From NCBI GenBank assembly GCA_964016885.1, contig OZ024744.1, forward strand, positions 25,234,001 through 25,298,000: a stretch of DNA of 64,000 bases. Reading direction: 5' to 3'. This DNA comes from Eledone cirrhosa. Its lineage: Eukaryota. Below, piece by piece: positions 42,036-53,646 of the stretch (its first letter is position 1; the number at the start of each line of letters is the position of its first letter). Below the pieces are notes generated by a model that searched no databases, was not told the origin of the DNA, and saw nothing but the letters and a program-made list of their open reading frames with translations. A program made the position numbers and the translations under genes.

Positions 42036-45000
42036 TGTTTCTTTTATTTGCCACCAGTGCATCAAAAGTGGGACAAGTACAATGGGGGGAGTTTACAAAA
42101 CAAGGCGTCCTCAATAAGGAGGAGGCAATAACAATATATAAAAATAAAATAAAATAAAACAATAAATAAAATTTATAACAAAGTCCTCAATAGAGAGGAG
42201 GCGCCTTGGGGGGTCGCACACACCCCCGAAAAAAAGTGTGCAACCCTTTTCCTCAGGAGCACAGAGAAGGGGTGCTCCCTTGGTCTTTCATCTTCCTCAC
42301 CTATAGTCTGATGTAGAGTGAAGGCCATTCACACGGGCCATTCTCGCCACTTTCACCCATCTTTCATAAAAACGGCTGGGGTGCAGTACCTCTCTCTCCA
42401 TCCTGATCCTTCTTCCGAAATGATATCGGAAGAAACGGACCAGTTGTTGGCCAGAGAGAAAGGTGTCTGACCTCAGTCCTTTCAGACGCGTCCACCATAC
42501 AACCTCTTTCGCCATGGCTATTACGCACAGAAACACCGCCTCTTCTTCGTTTTTGAAGAGGGGAGGCGGCTTGATCGTTACAATAGACTCGGTGGTCAAC
42601 CGGATCGGTTCCACCCTTGACAGCAGTTGTTCGACATAGCACCACAGATCGGCTACGCCCGAGCAGTGTACCAATGCGTGTGCAACGGTTTCCTCGTCGC
42701 ACACGCATCTGGGACAGATCTTTTTGGCGGCGTCCCTACCCGGGCGCCCGTGTCTGTAGAGCCTTTCTCGAACGGGCAGAGCCCTTCTGTAGCATTGCCA
42801 GGCCAGGGACATCTGGAAGTTATCCATGGGTCCCGGGATGAATGTCCTACCGAACTGGTATGCCAGTTCGTCTTCCTCCATGCCTAGGGCTTCTCCGAGG
42901 GCGTCGTCGCACCTGCTAACCACCAGCCCTCTATAGAATGACGAGGTGGATTCTCCACTGACAGCCGGGTCCGCCTGCCAGAGAGCCGTGAGCGCCTGGG
43001 CACACTCGGTATGCCAGGCGCCCAGTTTTCTCGGTCTTTGCTTGACCCAGGATTGCAGCTCGGTGAGTGAGACGAGTCTGGGAAAGGCTCGCCTCACAAA
43101 CGGGGCCCACACCGGTTGACCGGAGAGGAGTACCTGATGGTGCCGTAGCCTTAATGCGTATTTACGTATCATTAGCCACGGCATCCCCAGCCCTCCTTTC
43201 GAAGGGTGTTGACAGCAGATGGATCTCCTCACCATAGGAGTCCGCTTCTTCCAAAGGAATTGGAAGAGTGCGCGCTCCATTTTGGCGAGCGTTTCCCTTG
43301 GGCAAGGCACAACGGTCAGGCGGTAGTAGATGACGGACGCTATATAAGTGTTCGCCACCTCCGCCCGACCTTTCAGGGACAGTTTGCACTCGGCCCACTT
43401 CTGGGTCAGTGCAAACACCCTGTTCGTTACCTCACCCCAGTTCTTCTCCACCTGGAGGTCTGTTCCGAACCAGACCCCGAGCAGCTTCACCGGGCCCTCC
43501 GTCCAGCGCCCGACGACGCCATCGGAGGGCATCGATCTGCCCCTCAACGTGCCGAGTTGCAGACCGATCGACTTGTCCCGGTTCAGCTTAGCCCCTGTAA
43601 ACCTTTCGTACTCCTCCAGTAAGGTGCCGATCGCCCCGATTTCCGAGGCCGTCGACACTATTACTGTTACGTCATCGGCGTAGGCTGACACCGCTTTCCG
43701 CAATCCGGTTCCAACGGGATGCCCTGCAACAACTCCAACTTCCGAAGCAGTGGCTCTAGAGTCATTACATACAGAAGGGAGGAGAGAGGGCACCCCTGTC
43801 GGATGGACCGCGCGATTTCGAACGGCTCCGAGAGGTAGCCGTTCACCTTGACCCTAGAGCAGATGCGGCTGCTGTGCATGGCATTGATCCGGCCCCTGAA
43901 AACGGGTCCGAAGCCTTCCGCCGCTAGCACCGCATCCAGGTAACCATGGTCGACCCTATCGAATGCCTTAGATTGATCCAAGTTGATCAGGGCCCCACCA
44001 AAGCCGGGTTCGTTCCCAACCCTCTCTATGATGTATCGCATGAGGTCGAGGTTGTCGTAGATGGACCTGGACGGGATAGCATATGTCTGCGCATCTCCCA
44101 CCAGGTTGCCCACGACAAGTGCCAACCTCTTTGCTCGCACCTTGGCCAAAATCTGTAACTCTGTATTTAGCAGAGTTATGGGCCTGAAATTATTTATATC
44201 GTCCCCCTTGTTCTCGTCCTTCCTCACTAGCGTGACTACGCCCTTGGTCACAGCTCAGGGAATTCTCCCGTTCTGTTGCCAGTTGCAGTCGACTGCCTCG
44301 AGGAGATCGGGGAACAAGTCCGGCATAGCTAGATATAGTTCTTATGGAAGACCATCGAGACCCGGGGATTTGCGTTTACCGCATTGGCTCAGCACGTCCT
44401 CTATCTCAGCGGCTGAAATCGGCTCCTCGCAGGACTTCGCCTCCCTGTCCGAGAGACGCGGCAGGCCGTCGAGGTATGGACCGTAGTCCACATCCCCAAC
44501 CGGCTCCCCGCCCCTTCCGAACAATCCGGCAAATTGCTTTTGAAAAGCCTCGCACATCTGCTTAGGTTCAAGGATCACCCGTCCATCCTGGTCTCGCAAA
44601 GACCGGATAGTGGATCTGCTCCCTCTTTTGGCTTCTGTCACGCGGGCCCAGCTAACAGCTTTGGTCCCCTCGTTTCCCTGAGCGCGTATTTTGCTTCGGA
44701 CGATGCAGCCTTCGTGTTTCGCGTCGAAGAACTGGCCCAGGGCCGTTCTCGACGCTAGCACTCTGGCCACGTCGCCGCTTCTAATTGCCTCTTCTACACT
44801 ATCTACCAACTCCCTTTCCTTCCTATTTCTATTTGAGGCTAACTCCTTACTAAATTCTATAGAGACTACTCTAATCTCTCTTTTGAGAGATCCCCACCAC
44901 CTGCTGTTGACGATGGCGCCCGTCAACCGCTCCTTAACTAAAGTGCTAATCCGGTCCCTGTAAGCCTTACTTGCCGGTAAGGACAACTTGAGCTTCCAGT

Positions 45001-45153
45001 AACCGGGTCCCTGTCTATGAGTTCTGTCAAGGTTGACCATGCAGGTCACTAATTTGTGGTCTGAATGGCCAACCATGCGCATTTTTGGACAACTTAAAAA
45101 GTCCTTATCCTTAATTCTAACTAAGAACCTATCTAGGTACGACCTAGATGATC
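42036..45153 (-). mobile_element. 5'-truncated Tx1-type (L1-group) non-LTR retrotransposon with 14-bp target-site duplication
   Basis: AGAAGAGATAGATA occurs at 42022-42035 and 45154-45167, flanking the element. Minus-strand AATAAA at 42043-42048 near the 3' end. ORF2 remnants inside. Confidence 0.88.
42297..45150 (-). pseudogene. Disrupted LINE ORF2 (C-terminal end of APE endonuclease, reverse transcriptase, CCHC zinc finger)
   Basis: SYLDRFLV...GHSDH (APE end), GPGYWKL, KSPGLDGLP (then stop at about 44342), NFRPITLLN, LDQSKAFDRVDH, IRQGCPLS, AYADDV, CPRCVCDEETVAHALVHC. Split over ORFs 44342-45082, 43667-44251 and 42297-43793 by a stop and frameshifts. Confidence 0.9.
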
Positions 45154-45164
45154 AGAAGAGATAG

Positions 45165-45198
<34 letters not shown>

Positions 45199-45589
45199 AT
45201 TTCATAAAAAGAAGGCGAGAAAATGGTAATGAGTCATATGAAGAGTGGGAAGGATGCGAGGATTGGGTCATTTCTGATGTTTAGGTCTAGAAATGATCCT
45301 TGTTCAAAGATAATTTAACAGAACTCCCAAACAAGTACACCAACTAAGTCAGGAGGGAAAGCCAATCCCACCACCCACTCTCCACCCATCACAGGTCAAA
45401 AGGGTGGCAGGCCAGTGTCTTTCCCTAAAAACAATAAATAAACAAACACAATTTTAAAAATGAGTCAGATATACGTAAACATAAACTCGCGTGTTAGGAT
45501 GATCTGCTCTATAGGTTATTATATATACACTATATATATATATAAAATAAATAAATAAATCAAATGTTTAAAATTTGGTTTCGTTTATT

Positions 45590-45644
45590 ACTGCTATATA
45601 TATTTCAGTGACAGCCATCTTTGGCTGTGACCTCTTCAGGCAGT
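45590..45644 (-). ncRNA. Type I hammerhead ribozyme, intact core
   Basis: ACUGC-CUGAAGA-GGUCACAGCC AAAGAU GGCUGUCACU-GAAA-UAUAUA-UA-GCAGU. Stem I ACUGC/GCAGU, long stem II, palindromic stem III (AUAUAUAU), AUA cleavage triplet. Confidence 0.75.
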
Positions 45645-45721
45645 CCGAATTAGTGTGGTAGAGACGAGTACACATGTTGTTGAGGTGTTGATGTGTACTC
45701 GTTTCTACCACACTAATTCGG

Positions 45722-45776
45722 ACTGCCAGAAGAGGTCACAGCCAAAGATGGCTGTCACCGAAATATATATAGCAGT
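45722..45776 (+). ncRNA. Type I hammerhead ribozyme, mutated core (CAGAAGA)
   Basis: Mirror copy of 45590-45644 with U4->A in the CUGANGA box; probably impaired. Confidence 0.55.
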
Positions 45777-46022
45777 AATAAACGAAACCAAATTCTAAAC
45801 ATTTGACTTATTTATTTTATTTTACATTACTCCGGAGTAACCAAACCAACCTGCGCACTTCGTCGAGTGCTCCATTCTGCATACTGACGTGTTGGTATAC
45901 AACCAACATATACTCAAATATATATATGTGTGTGTGTGTGTGTGTATGTGAGAGAGGGTGTGTATGAGTGTGTGTGTGTGTGTACGTGTGTGTGTATGAA
46001 TCTCTCTCTCTCTCTACATATA

Positions 46023-46135
46023 TGAAAAATTCGGGATCCTGAAGGCTGAGCTCCTGCCGTTTCAACGCCTAGTTTGGATCTAGCTCTTGAAACTGAAACG
46101 GCAGGAGCTCAACCGACGGGGTTCCGAATTTTTCA
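46023..46135. repeat. Short inverted repeat (about 42-bp arms, 29-nt spacer)
   Basis: TGAAAAATTCGG/CCGAATTTTTCA and TGAGCTCCTGCCGTTTCA/TGAAACGGCAGGAGCTCA pair perfectly. Confidence 0.8.
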
Positions 46136-46229
46136 CATTACCCACTCTACTAGCCCAAGTATCGAGTACTCAGGCGATGAATGGTCTAACTGGTTCTTAC
46201 TGCATCCATTCTGATTTATATGTATATAT

Positions 46230-46320
46230 GTACACGGTAATGAGCTGAAAAGTTCTTAGGCTGACCTAGATACTCTCATGGAATGACCAAATGAGGTATA
46301 TTTATCAACATAGTCCATGC
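46230..46320 (+). mobile_element. Possible Tc1/mariner terminal (TIR) fragment
   Basis: TACACGGTAATGAGCTGAAAAGTTCTTAGGCTGACC resembles mariner-type ends (TA..GAGGG..GCTGAAAAGT). No partner TIR or transposase seen. Confidence 0.35.
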
Positions 46321-46439
46321 GAGGAAACAATACAGTTATTAATAAAAAGAGTTGAAATTAATGCATGCAAGATTTCACAGCTCTAGCATCAATCCTTCAT
46401 TGTCAGCCTATGAACTTTTCAGTCCACCCTCATTATTTC

Positions 46440-47232
46440 TGTTTACCTTTTATACTGCATTCCAGCATTCTTTAGATTTACGCCCTACCCCTTACCCCAG
46501 CACTACCCCTCTACTCCGTCTGGCTGAGCTTGTTCTCACCCCTAATGGATTTTCTTTTTCGGGTGAATTTTATCAACAGGTCTCTGGGGTAACGATGGGA
46601 ACCAGAATGGGTCCAAACTATGCCAACTTGTTTGTTGGCTACGCCGAAGCCCAGATCTTCTCCCAGTACGCTAGACTGACTCCTGAGCTATACGGTCGTT
46701 ATATTGACGACTGTATCGGCACCTCCTCTCTATCACGAGAACAGCTCGACTGTTTTCTATCTTTTGTCCAATATTTCCATCCTGCTCTCACTTTCACCGC
46801 CTCCGTCTCCGATTCTTCTCTCTCTTTTCTACATATCTCTCTATCTATTAATCACTCTCACCACACCCTCTCTACTTCCATCTACATTAAACCAACAGAC
46901 TTCCAATCTTATCTCGAGATCACCTCCTCCTATCCAACCCACACCAAACACTCCATAGCCTATTCCCAATTCCTCCGTCTTCTTCGACTCTGTAGCCAGG
47001 ACTACGATTACGAAACCCATTCCCTTCGCATGGTTTCCTGCTTCATCCAGCGTGGATATCCCCCCACCTTGATCCAAGCTGCTCTCACCCGCGCCCGTGA
47101 AACAGACCGCACCAAAGCCCTCTCAATACCCGTGTTCCTTTCCCTCTCACCTACCACCCCAGCCCCCTACCACTCCGGCGACATATCCTTCGTTCCTTCC
47201 GTATCCTCTCTTCTGACCCCATCACTTCTCGC
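46440..47232 (+). pseudogene. Penelope-like element (Neptune-type) reverse transcriptase fragment, truncated before the GIY-YIG endonuclease
   Basis: NGFSFSGEFYQQVSGVTMGTRMGPNYANLFVG, RYIDD (46700-46711), SFLHISL, YIKPTD..SYL, HSIAYSQFLRLLRLCS, RGYP. After a frameshift reads RVPFPLTYHP, then ends in (TA)n. Confidence 0.88.
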
Positions 47233-47739
47233 TTATATATATATATATATTAGTCAATTTCTACAGGCTATCAGAAATACTAGGTAATTTTCTGTAGCCA
47301 TGAGTCGCGGATAAGAAGCTATATCATTTATCTATTGTTTCTTCATACGTATATTTTAAACTTATAGCCTCGTTTAAATGGTTTTTTGTGTGGTTGATTT
47401 ATGCTGATTGAGAGAAGAAATACTATATACTAATGATTCTATGGACTTACTTTTTATATATTGCTCTGATTATTAATTATTTAATTAATTCGTCATTGAG
47501 CCACACCGTGAACCTACATGACCTCATTTGTTTGGACTGGATCTTGTGGTTCCAACATAACTTTATAGGGAAAGGGTGGTGTTGGCGGGAGTGGGAGGAT
47601 GGAGTAGGGGTAGTGACTTGGGGTGTATGTTTGGTTTGTAACTGTAGGTTAACTTTGCGTGTAGGGAGGGCGAGTCTTCTGTATCACTGCGTGGCGCCAA
47701 AGATCTCCCAAATATAACTATATATATATATATATATAT

Positions 47740-48459
47740 GCCTTCGTGCGGCCTCCAAACCCCACAGTGGTGCCTGACTCCATGCCCTGCCCTTCTTCTC
47801 CACTGGCATGCAGCTAGACAAAAATAGCCTGCGCACTGGCGTTTCCTTGAGGCTCGGCTTCCGGATATGCGAGCCACACCAATGTCACTGCGGATCCACC
47901 GTGAACTCTTTCGGCCTCTACCTGCTTTCCTGTCGCCACAGTGCCGGCCACCTTTTACGCCATGCTTCCCCTCAACGAGGTCATAAAGCATGGCTTGGAC
48001 GCTGCGGGCTTCCCTTCCCAGCTCGAGCCGATGGGGCTGGACCGTGGGGACGGCAAAAGGCCAGATGGCATGGCCATCTTCCCGTTCCGCGGTGGCAAAC
48101 CCCTCGTCTGGGATGCTACTTGCACCGACACTTTCTGCAGCCGCAACCTGGTGCAGCCTGCCACTAACCCAGGTTCTGTTGCACGTCGGGCTGAGGAGGC
48201 CAAGCTCCTCAAATACCGGTCGCTCTCCGACAGGTTTGAAGTTGTACCCCTGGCAGTGGAGACTTCTGGTGTCGTCGGCCCCAGTGCTACCTCCCTACTC
48301 ACCACCACAGGCGCTGAGCTGGCCATCCGCAGGTGTGAACCCAGCAAGTTGGAGTGGCTTTTCCAGCGCGTCTCCCTTGCCGTCCTCCGCGGAAACGCCT
48401 TCTCCACCCTGTCCGCCGGGGCTGTGGTGGGGCCCCATCGCGTAACATTCCATGTTTAG
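47740..48459 (+). pseudogene. 3' fragment of a CRE-clade non-LTR retrotransposon (zinc knuckle plus restriction-like endonuclease)
   Basis: HSGA*LHALP (SGAWL motif with W->stop at 47775), CHCG...LLSC...RH, frameshift at about 47970, KRPDG...LVWDATCTDT, K..KY, PLAVETSG, LFQRVSLAVLRGNA. The 5' end abuts (TA)n. Confidence 0.82.
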
Positions 48460-48612
48460 GTATCCACATTATTGGTTTTTAGGGTATTATGTTTAACGTA
48501 GCTCATACCAGTCTTCAAAGTAGAGATGTTACCGAGGTTAGTGTAACTTACTTCTTCCAGCGGATAGTTTCGGTTTGCTGCTGGTAGTTGTGTTTCTTCA
48601 CAGAACAAAATT

Positions 48613-48615
<3 letters not shown>

Positions 48616-48646
<31 letters not shown>
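48616..48646. repeat. Poly-G run (31 nt)
   Basis: Direct reading. Confidence 0.85.
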
Positions 48647-48648
<2 letters not shown>

Positions 48649-48794
48649 AAGGAAATATTCTGTAAATATGTGTGTGTATATCTGATTGTGCTAATTGACT
48701 GGTCAAGAATTCAAATGGGGACGGGGGATTGTAAGCTAGAGAAAAATTCTATGGCAGCATTAGGGTTGTTAAAGAAATTCTATTATTGCAATAT

Positions 48795-48982
48795 GGTGGA
48801 TTGGCAGTATCGGTAGAGGGTCGGGCACCATACTTTGAAGCATAAAGTTACCTCCCAGTTATGATCTGAGTTCAAATCCCGCCGAGATTAACTTTGCCTT
48901 TCATCCTTACGGGGTCGATAAAATAAAGTACCAGTAATGTACTGGGTGATTGCTGACCTTGTGCCAAACATAGAAACAATTA
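48795..48982 (+). mobile_element. tRNA-derived SINE
   Basis: A-box-like TGGCAGTATCGG (48802) and B-box GAGTTCAAATCC (48868), followed by the conserved body CTTTGCCTTTCATCCTTACGGGGTCGATAAAATAAAGTACCAG. Confidence 0.75.
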
Positions 48983-49229
48983 CTAGAATATGGTTTTAGG
49001 GAGTGTGTGTATATGTATACAGTGTGAGGGTGTATATATAACAATATATACACGTGTGTATGTGTGTGTGTGCGTGTGTGTGTGTTTTCAGCCTGTCGGT
49101 CACAGGTCCCTATTGTGGTGGGAAATTAAAAAAAAATCTTCAAAACCTAAAAATTTCTTAAAATACGTTCAAAATTACAAGAATTAACAACCAATTGTCA
49201 TAAGAAGCCACGTGATTTAGTACTGTCTT

Positions 49230-49822
49230 TGGTGGTAGTAGTAGTAGTAGTAGTATTGGTGGTGGTGGTGGTGGTAGCAGCAGCAGCAGCTGCAGTAGTA
49301 GTAGTAGTGGTAGTGGTAGTAGTAGTAGTATTGGTGGTGGTGGTGGTGGTGGTAATAGTAGTAGTAGTGGTAGTAGTAGTAGTAGTAGTCGTGATAGTAG
49401 TAGTGGTAGTAGTAGTAGTAACAGTAGCAATAGTAGTAGTGGTGGTGGTGGTAGTAGTAGTAGTAGTAGTGGTAGTAGTAGTGGTAGTAGTAGTAGTAGA
49501 AGTAGTAATAATAATAGTAGTAGTAGTAGCAGTAGTGGTAGTGGTAGTAGTAGTAGTAGCAGTAGTAGTAGTAGTAGCAATAGTAGTAGTAGTGGTGGTA
49601 GTAGTGGTAGTAGTAGTGGTAGTAGTAGCAGTAGTAATAATAATAGTAGTAGTAGTAGTGGTAGTGGTAGTGGTAGTAGTCGTAGTAGTAGTAGTATTGG
49701 TGGTAGTAGTAGTATTATTAGTAGTGGTGGTAGAAGTAGTAGTAGCAGTAGTGGTAGTGGTAGTAGTAGTAGTAGCAGCAGCAGTAGTAGTAGCATCAGT
49801 AGTAGTAGTAGTAGTAGTATTG

Positions 49823-49855
<33 letters not shown>

Positions 49856-49878
49856 ATAGTAGTAGTAGTAGTAGCAAC

Positions 49879-49943
<65 letters not shown>

Positions 49944-49979
49944 GAGAAATAGTAGTAGTAGTAGTAGCAGCAGTAGTAA

Positions 49980-50010
<31 letters not shown>

Positions 50011-50288
50011 GGTGGTGGTGGTGGTGGTGGTGGTGGTGGTGGTGGTTGGAGTAGTAGCAGTGGTGGTAGTAGAAGTAGAAGTAGTATAGGTAGTAGTAGT
50101 AGTAGTGGTGGGAGGAGGAGTAGTAGTAGTGGTTGGAGTAATGGTAGTAGTAGTAGTAGTAGTAGTGGTTGGAATAGTAGTAGTAGTAGTAGTGGTTGGA
50201 GTAGTAGTAGTAGTAGTAGTGGTTGGAGTAGTGGTAGGAGAAGTAGTAGTAGTAGCAGTAGTAGTAGTAGTGGTTGGAGTAGTGGTAG

Positions 50289-50325
<37 letters not shown>

Positions 50326-50399
50326 TGGAGTAGTAGTAGTAGTAGTAGTAGTAGTGGTTGGAGTAGTGGTAGGAGTAGTAGTAGTAGTAGTGGTAGTTG

Positions 50400-50433
<34 letters not shown>

Positions 50434-50486
50434 TGGAGTAGTGGTAGTAGTAGTAGTAGTAGTAGTAGTGGTTGGAGTAGTGGTAG

Positions 50487-50523
<37 letters not shown>

Positions 50524-50533
50524 TGGAGTAGTG

Positions 50534-50589
<56 letters not shown>

Positions 50590-50795
50590 TGGAGTAGTGG
50601 TAGGAGTAGTAGTAGTAGTGGTTGGAGTAGTGGTAGGAGTAGTAGTAGTAGTAGTAGTAGTAGTGGTTGGAGTAGTAGTAGTATTAGTAGTAGTAGTAGT
50701 AGTAGTGGTTGGAGTAGTGGTAGGAGTAGTAGTAGTAGTAGTAGTAGTGGTTGGAGTAGTGGTAGGAGTAGTAGTAGTAGTAGTAGTAGTGGTTG

Positions 50796-50829
<34 letters not shown>

Positions 50830-50876
50830 TGGAGTAGTGGTAGGAGTAGTAGTAGTAGTAGTAGTAGTAGTGGTTG

Positions 50877-50910
<34 letters not shown>

Positions 50911-51034
50911 TGGAGTAGTGGTAGGAGTAGTAGTAGTAGTAGTAGTAGTGGTTGGAGTAGTGGTAGGAGTAGTAGTAGTAGTAGTAGTAGTGGTTGGAGT
51001 AGTGGTAGGAGTAGTAGTAGTGGTTGGAGTAGTG

Positions 51035-51069
<35 letters not shown>

Positions 51070-51215
51070 TGGAGTAGTGGTAGGAGTAGTAGTAGTAGTA
51101 GTAGTAGTAGTTGTTGGAGTAGTGGTAGGAGTAGTAGTAGTAGTAGTAGTAGTTGTTGGAGTAGTGGTAGGAGTAGTAGTAGTAGTAGTAGTAGTAGTTG
51201 TTGGAGTAGTGGTAG

Positions 51216-51252
<37 letters not shown>

Positions 51253-51266
51253 TGGAGTAGTGGTAG

Positions 51267-51297
<31 letters not shown>

Positions 51298-51314
51298 TGT
51301 TGGAGTAGTGGTAG

Positions 51315-51357
<43 letters not shown>

Positions 51358-51485
51358 TGGAGTAGTGGTAGGAGTAGTAGTAGTAGTAGTAGTAGTGGTT
51401 GGAGTAGTGGTAGGAGTAGTAGTAGTAGTAGTAGTAGTGGTTGGAGTAGTGGTAGGAGTAGTAGTAGTGGTTGGAGTAGTGGTAG

Positions 51486-51516
<31 letters not shown>

Positions 51517-51664
51517 TGTTGGAGTAGTGGTAGGAGTAGTAGTAGTAGTAGTAGTAGTGGTTGGAGTAGTGGTAGGAGTAGTAGTAGTGGTTGGAGTAGT
51601 GGTAGGAGTAGTAGTAGTGGTTGGAGTAGTGGTAGAGTAGTAGTAGTGGTTGGAGTAGTGGTAG

Positions 51665-51695
<31 letters not shown>

Positions 51696-51712
51696 TGTTG
51701 GAGTAGTGGTAG

Positions 51713-51755
<43 letters not shown>

Positions 51756-51943
51756 TGGAGTAGTGGTAGGAGTAGTAAGTAGTGGTTGGAGTAGTGGTAG
51801 GAGTAGTAGTAGTAGTAGTAGTAGTGGTTGGAGTAGTGGTAGGAGTAGTAGTAGTGGTTGGAGTAGTGTAGGAGTAGTAGTAGTAGTAGTAGTAGTGGTT
51901 GGAGTAGTGGTAGGAGTAGTAGTAGTGGTTGGAGTAGTGGTAG

Positions 51944-51974
<31 letters not shown>

Positions 51975-51991
51975 TGTTGGAGTAGTGGTAG

Positions 51992-52031
<40 letters not shown>

Positions 52032-52155
52032 TGGAGTAGTGGTAGGAGTAGTAGTAGTAGTAGTAGTAGTGGTTGGAGTAGTGGTAGGAGTAGTAGTAGT
52101 AGTAGTAGTAGTGGTTGGAGTAGTGGTAGGAGTAGTAGTAGTGGTTGGAGTAGTG

Positions 52156-52196
<41 letters not shown>

Positions 52197-52300
52197 TGGA
52201 GTAGTGGTAGGAGTAGTAGTAGTAGTAGTAGTAGTAGTTGTTGGAGTAGTGGTAGGAGTAGCAGTAGTAGTAGTAGTAGTAGTGGTTGGAGTAGTGGTAG

Positions 52301-52331
<31 letters not shown>

Positions 52332-52348
52332 TGTTGGAGTAGTGGTAG

Positions 52349-52383
<35 letters not shown>

Positions 52384-52429
52384 ATTGGAGTAGTGGTAGG
52401 AGTAGTAGTAGTGGTTGGAGTAGTGGTAG

Positions 52430-52463
<34 letters not shown>

Positions 52464-52864
52464 TGGAGTAGTGGTAGGAGTAGTAGTAGTAGTAGTAGTA
52501 GTAGTTGTTGGAGTAGTGGTAGGAGTAGTAGTAGTGGTTGGAGTAGTAGTGGTTGGAGTAGTGGTAGGAGTAGTAGTAGTAGTAGTAGTAGTAGTTGTTG
52601 GAGTAGTGGTAGGAGTAGTAGTAGTAGTAGTAGTAGTAGTTGTTGGAGTAGTGGTAGGAGTAGTAGTAGTAGTAGTAGTAGTAGTGGTTGGAGTAGTGGT
52701 AGGAGTAGTAGTAGTAGTAGTGGTGGGTGGAGTAGTAGTAGGAGTAGTAGTAGTAGTGGTAGGAGTAGTAGTAGTGGTTGGAGTAGTGGTAGGAGTAGTA
52801 GTAGTGGTTGGAGTAGTGGTAGGAGTAGTAGTAGTGGTAGGAGTAGTAGTAGTAGTAGTAGTAG

Positions 52865-52907
<43 letters not shown>

Positions 52908-52950
52908 TGGAGTAGTGGTAGGAGTAGTAGTAGTAGTAGTAGTAGTGGTT

Positions 52951-53003
<53 letters not shown>

Positions 53004-53140
53004 TGGAGTAGTGGTAGGAGTAGTAGTAGTGGTAGGTAGTAGTAGTAGTAGTAGTAGGAGTAGTTGTAGTAGTAGTAGTAGTAGTAGTAGTTGTTGGAGT
53101 AGTAGTAGTAGTAGTAGTATAGTGGTTGGAGTAGTGGTAG

Positions 53141-53174
<34 letters not shown>

Positions 53175-53262
53175 TGGAGTAGTGGTAGGAGTAGTAGTAG
53201 TAGTAGTAGTAGTGGTAGGAGTAGTGTAGGAGTAGTAGTAGTAGTGGTAGGAGTAGTGGTAG

Positions 53263-53296
<34 letters not shown>

Positions 53297-53352
53297 TGGA
53301 GTAGTGGTAGGAGTAGTAGTAGTAGTAGTAGTAGTGGTTGGAGTAGTGGTAG

Positions 53353-53386
<34 letters not shown>

Positions 53387-53407
53387 TGGAGTAGTGGTAG
53401 GAGTAGT
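49230..53407. repeat. 4.2-kb (TAG/GTA)n trinucleotide array; from about 50040 organised as GTGGTTGGAGTAGTGGTAGGA(GTA)n higher-order units
   Basis: Direct reading; runs into the assembly gap. Confidence 0.95.
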
Positions 53408-53607
53408 NNNNNNNNNNNNNNNNNNNNNNNNNNNNNNNNNNNNNNNNNNNNNNNNNNNNNNNNNNNNNNNNNNNNNNNNNNNNNNNNNNNNNNNNNNNNN
53501 NNNNNNNNNNNNNNNNNNNNNNNNNNNNNNNNNNNNNNNNNNNNNNNNNNNNNNNNNNNNNNNNNNNNNNNNNNNNNNNNNNNNNNNNNNNNNNNNNNNN
53601 NNNNNNN
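53408..53607. other. Assembly gap (200 N)
   Basis: Run of N; the round length suggests a scaffolding gap of unknown true size. Confidence 0.98.
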
Positions 53608-53646
53608 AAGAAGAAGAAGAAGAAGAAGAAGAAGAAGAAGAAGAAG
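53608..53646. repeat. (AAG)n microsatellite at contig start
   Basis: Direct reading. Confidence 0.9.

Larger units (their letters stand above)
45550..45820. mobile_element. Inverted-repeat element (about 125-bp arms, 15-nt spacer at 45676-45690) with a hammerhead motif in each arm; Penelope pLTR-like remnant
   Basis: The left arm is the near-perfect reverse complement of the right arm, and both contain hammerhead cores. Confidence 0.75.

Noticed and set aside
42364-44963. Plus-strand and alternative-frame ORFs over the Tx1 element
   Set aside because: Shadow ORFs of the GC-rich LINE ORF2; no independent motifs.
48616-48646. Poly-G as a functional G-quadruplex
   Set aside because: Homopolymer length is unreliable and there is no supporting context.
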